From the NCBI GenBank assembly GCA_044892505.1, contig CM097883.1:213032001-213096000 (forward strand): a stretch of DNA of 64,000 bases. Reading direction: 5' to 3'. The position numbers were made by a program, and so were the translations under genes. This stretch comes from Schmidtea nova (taxonomy: Eukaryota). Under the pieces are notes generated by a model that saw only the letters and a list, made by a program, of their open reading frames with translations, was not told the origin of the DNA and made no database searches. How positions within the stretch are numbered: the stretch's first letter is position 1; the number at the start of each line of letters is the position of its first letter. Shown piece after piece: positions 62,311 through 64,000 of the stretch.

Positions 62311-62795
62311 CGATGAAAATCACGAAAATACACTCATTAACGAAACTATGTAGATGGGCAGAATTGACGAAGTTTTTCGATGGCATGATTGACGAAACAT
62401 TGATTTCACAGAATCTTAAACTCAGAACTTTAATGTTTGATAAAGATATTGATGAAAGAAAAACTATTTCAGACTTAGACGAATTGTTGGAAAAATTTTA
62501 AATATCAATGTCTAATTATGAATTATTGAAATTAGTTTATTTTTTTCATTGTTAAAAAAATAAGAAATTAGTTTACATTTTATTGTTAAAAAAAGTACTT
62601 TTGGAAAAGTACCTTTAGTTATTTATTTATGGAAAATTTGTAAATTATGATTTATTTTTAATTTGGTTTGTGACAGGTTGTTTAAATATTCAAAAGGAAA
62701 TTTTGTAAATTAGTTTTTCAAAATAATAAAGATTTGTGAATTAACATTTAATTATTATTTATTTTAAATTATATTAATAAAATATTTTTAGACAA

Positions 62796-64000
62796 ATGGA
62801 TAAATCTTTGAGTGGGTACAAGAGAAAAGTCGATAATAATGAAGATAATGATGCAGGTACAAGTGGGAATAATAGCAAAAAAGAAGGAGGTAATGCAGAA
62901 GGAGGTAAAATTCAAGTAGACGAGGCAACTGATATAACTAAAGATGCCCATTTGATTGCATATGTTCGATATGTTGCGGAAAATGATATATTAGAAGATA
63001 TATTATTTTGCAAACCCATTCCTGGAAAGACCACCTCAATTGAAATTTTTAACATAATAGACGGTCTTTTTGAAGAAAACGACATATCGTGGAATAATTG
63101 CATTGGACTGTGTACTGACGGAGCTCACTCAATGTCTTGACACAAAGCAGGTCTTCAAGCATTGGTGAAAAAAAGCACCACATGCTATCTGGACGCACAG
63201 TATGCTTCACAGAGCAGCTCTAGTGTAAAAAAATATGAGCGAGGAACTGAACAACACTTTCACAAAAGTTATAAAAATATAAACTACATTAAGAACAGTC
63301 CCGTGAGAGCTAGGCTGTTTGCAAAACTGTGTGTTGATATAAAATCTAATTATATTTCCCTTCTGTATTATTGTGAAGTTCGCTGGCTATCTCGTGCAAA
63401 AGTCATTCAAAGGGTGTTTGAACTCAATGAAGAAATAGCAATCTTTCTCGAAGAAAACAATCATGAAGAGGCACATTTGTGGACGAACGATAACTTTATT
63501 GTAAAACTTGCCTATTTGGTTGAAATTTTTGGAAAATTGAGCGGTTTGAATAAATCAATGCAAGGATCACAAATGCATCCACTTGTTCAAAAAGACAAAG
63601 TTAAAGCTTTCATTAAAAAGCTGAAGTTATGGAAATCAAATTTTTAAAAGAATGAGTTAGATATGTTTTCACTTTCAAAAGATTTTTGAACCACGGCCAA
63701 TATAGAATCAAACAAAAATCTTTTTTTTTGAACACTTGGATGGTTTGGTGCTGCATTTTACAAATTATTTCAAAGACCTTGATTTCTCAAAGTTTTTGTG
63801 GGTACAGAATCTATTTATCGACAATGAAGAAGACAAATTTGAGCTGTCAACAATCGAAAGAGAAAATTGATAGAATTATCATGCGATAGTTTACTAAAAC
63901 AAAAGTTTGAAAATGAAACGATAATTCAATTTTGGATGAATCTTAGTGGAGAGTATGAATCTCTGTATTGCAAAGCAATGCAAGTGCTTCTACCATTTGT
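62796..64000 (+). pseudogene. Buster/Charlie-type hAT transposase (ZBED5/ZBED8/FAM200-like), internally deleted, runs off the window
   Basis: IQVDEATD, EDILFCKP, CIGLCTDGA, LLYYCEVRWLSR, KLAYLVEIF; N-terminal zinc-finger region absent; stops. Confidence 0.88.

Overview
Very AT-rich eukaryotic scaffold with many N-gaps. The host is probably an invertebrate such as a planarian flatworm; this is inferred from composition, the receptor type and the transposon mix, not proven. Only one clear host gene is present: an intronless class A peptide-type GPCR (6546-7892). The rest is mostly transposon and virus-like debris. (i) Several Polinton/Maverick remnants: two outward-facing AGTAGTAGG termini, a packaging-ATPase pseudogene, a protein-primed PolB split by an apparent inversion, and an intact 149-aa uncharacterised ORF with a decayed paralog. 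(ii) At least eight Penelope-like (PLE) retroelement fragments, several with inverted pseudo-LTRs, plus minimal type I hammerhead ribozyme motifs of five sequence types with covarying stems. (iii) DNA transposons with intact ends (a mariner with TA TSD, a hAT with 8-bp TSD), and Helitron, Tc1, Buster-like hAT, MULE-like and piggyBac-like fragments. (iv) Two Gypsy-type solo LTRs, MITE-like elements and satellites. All protein and RNA assignments come from manual translation and motif recognition; no database searches were run.
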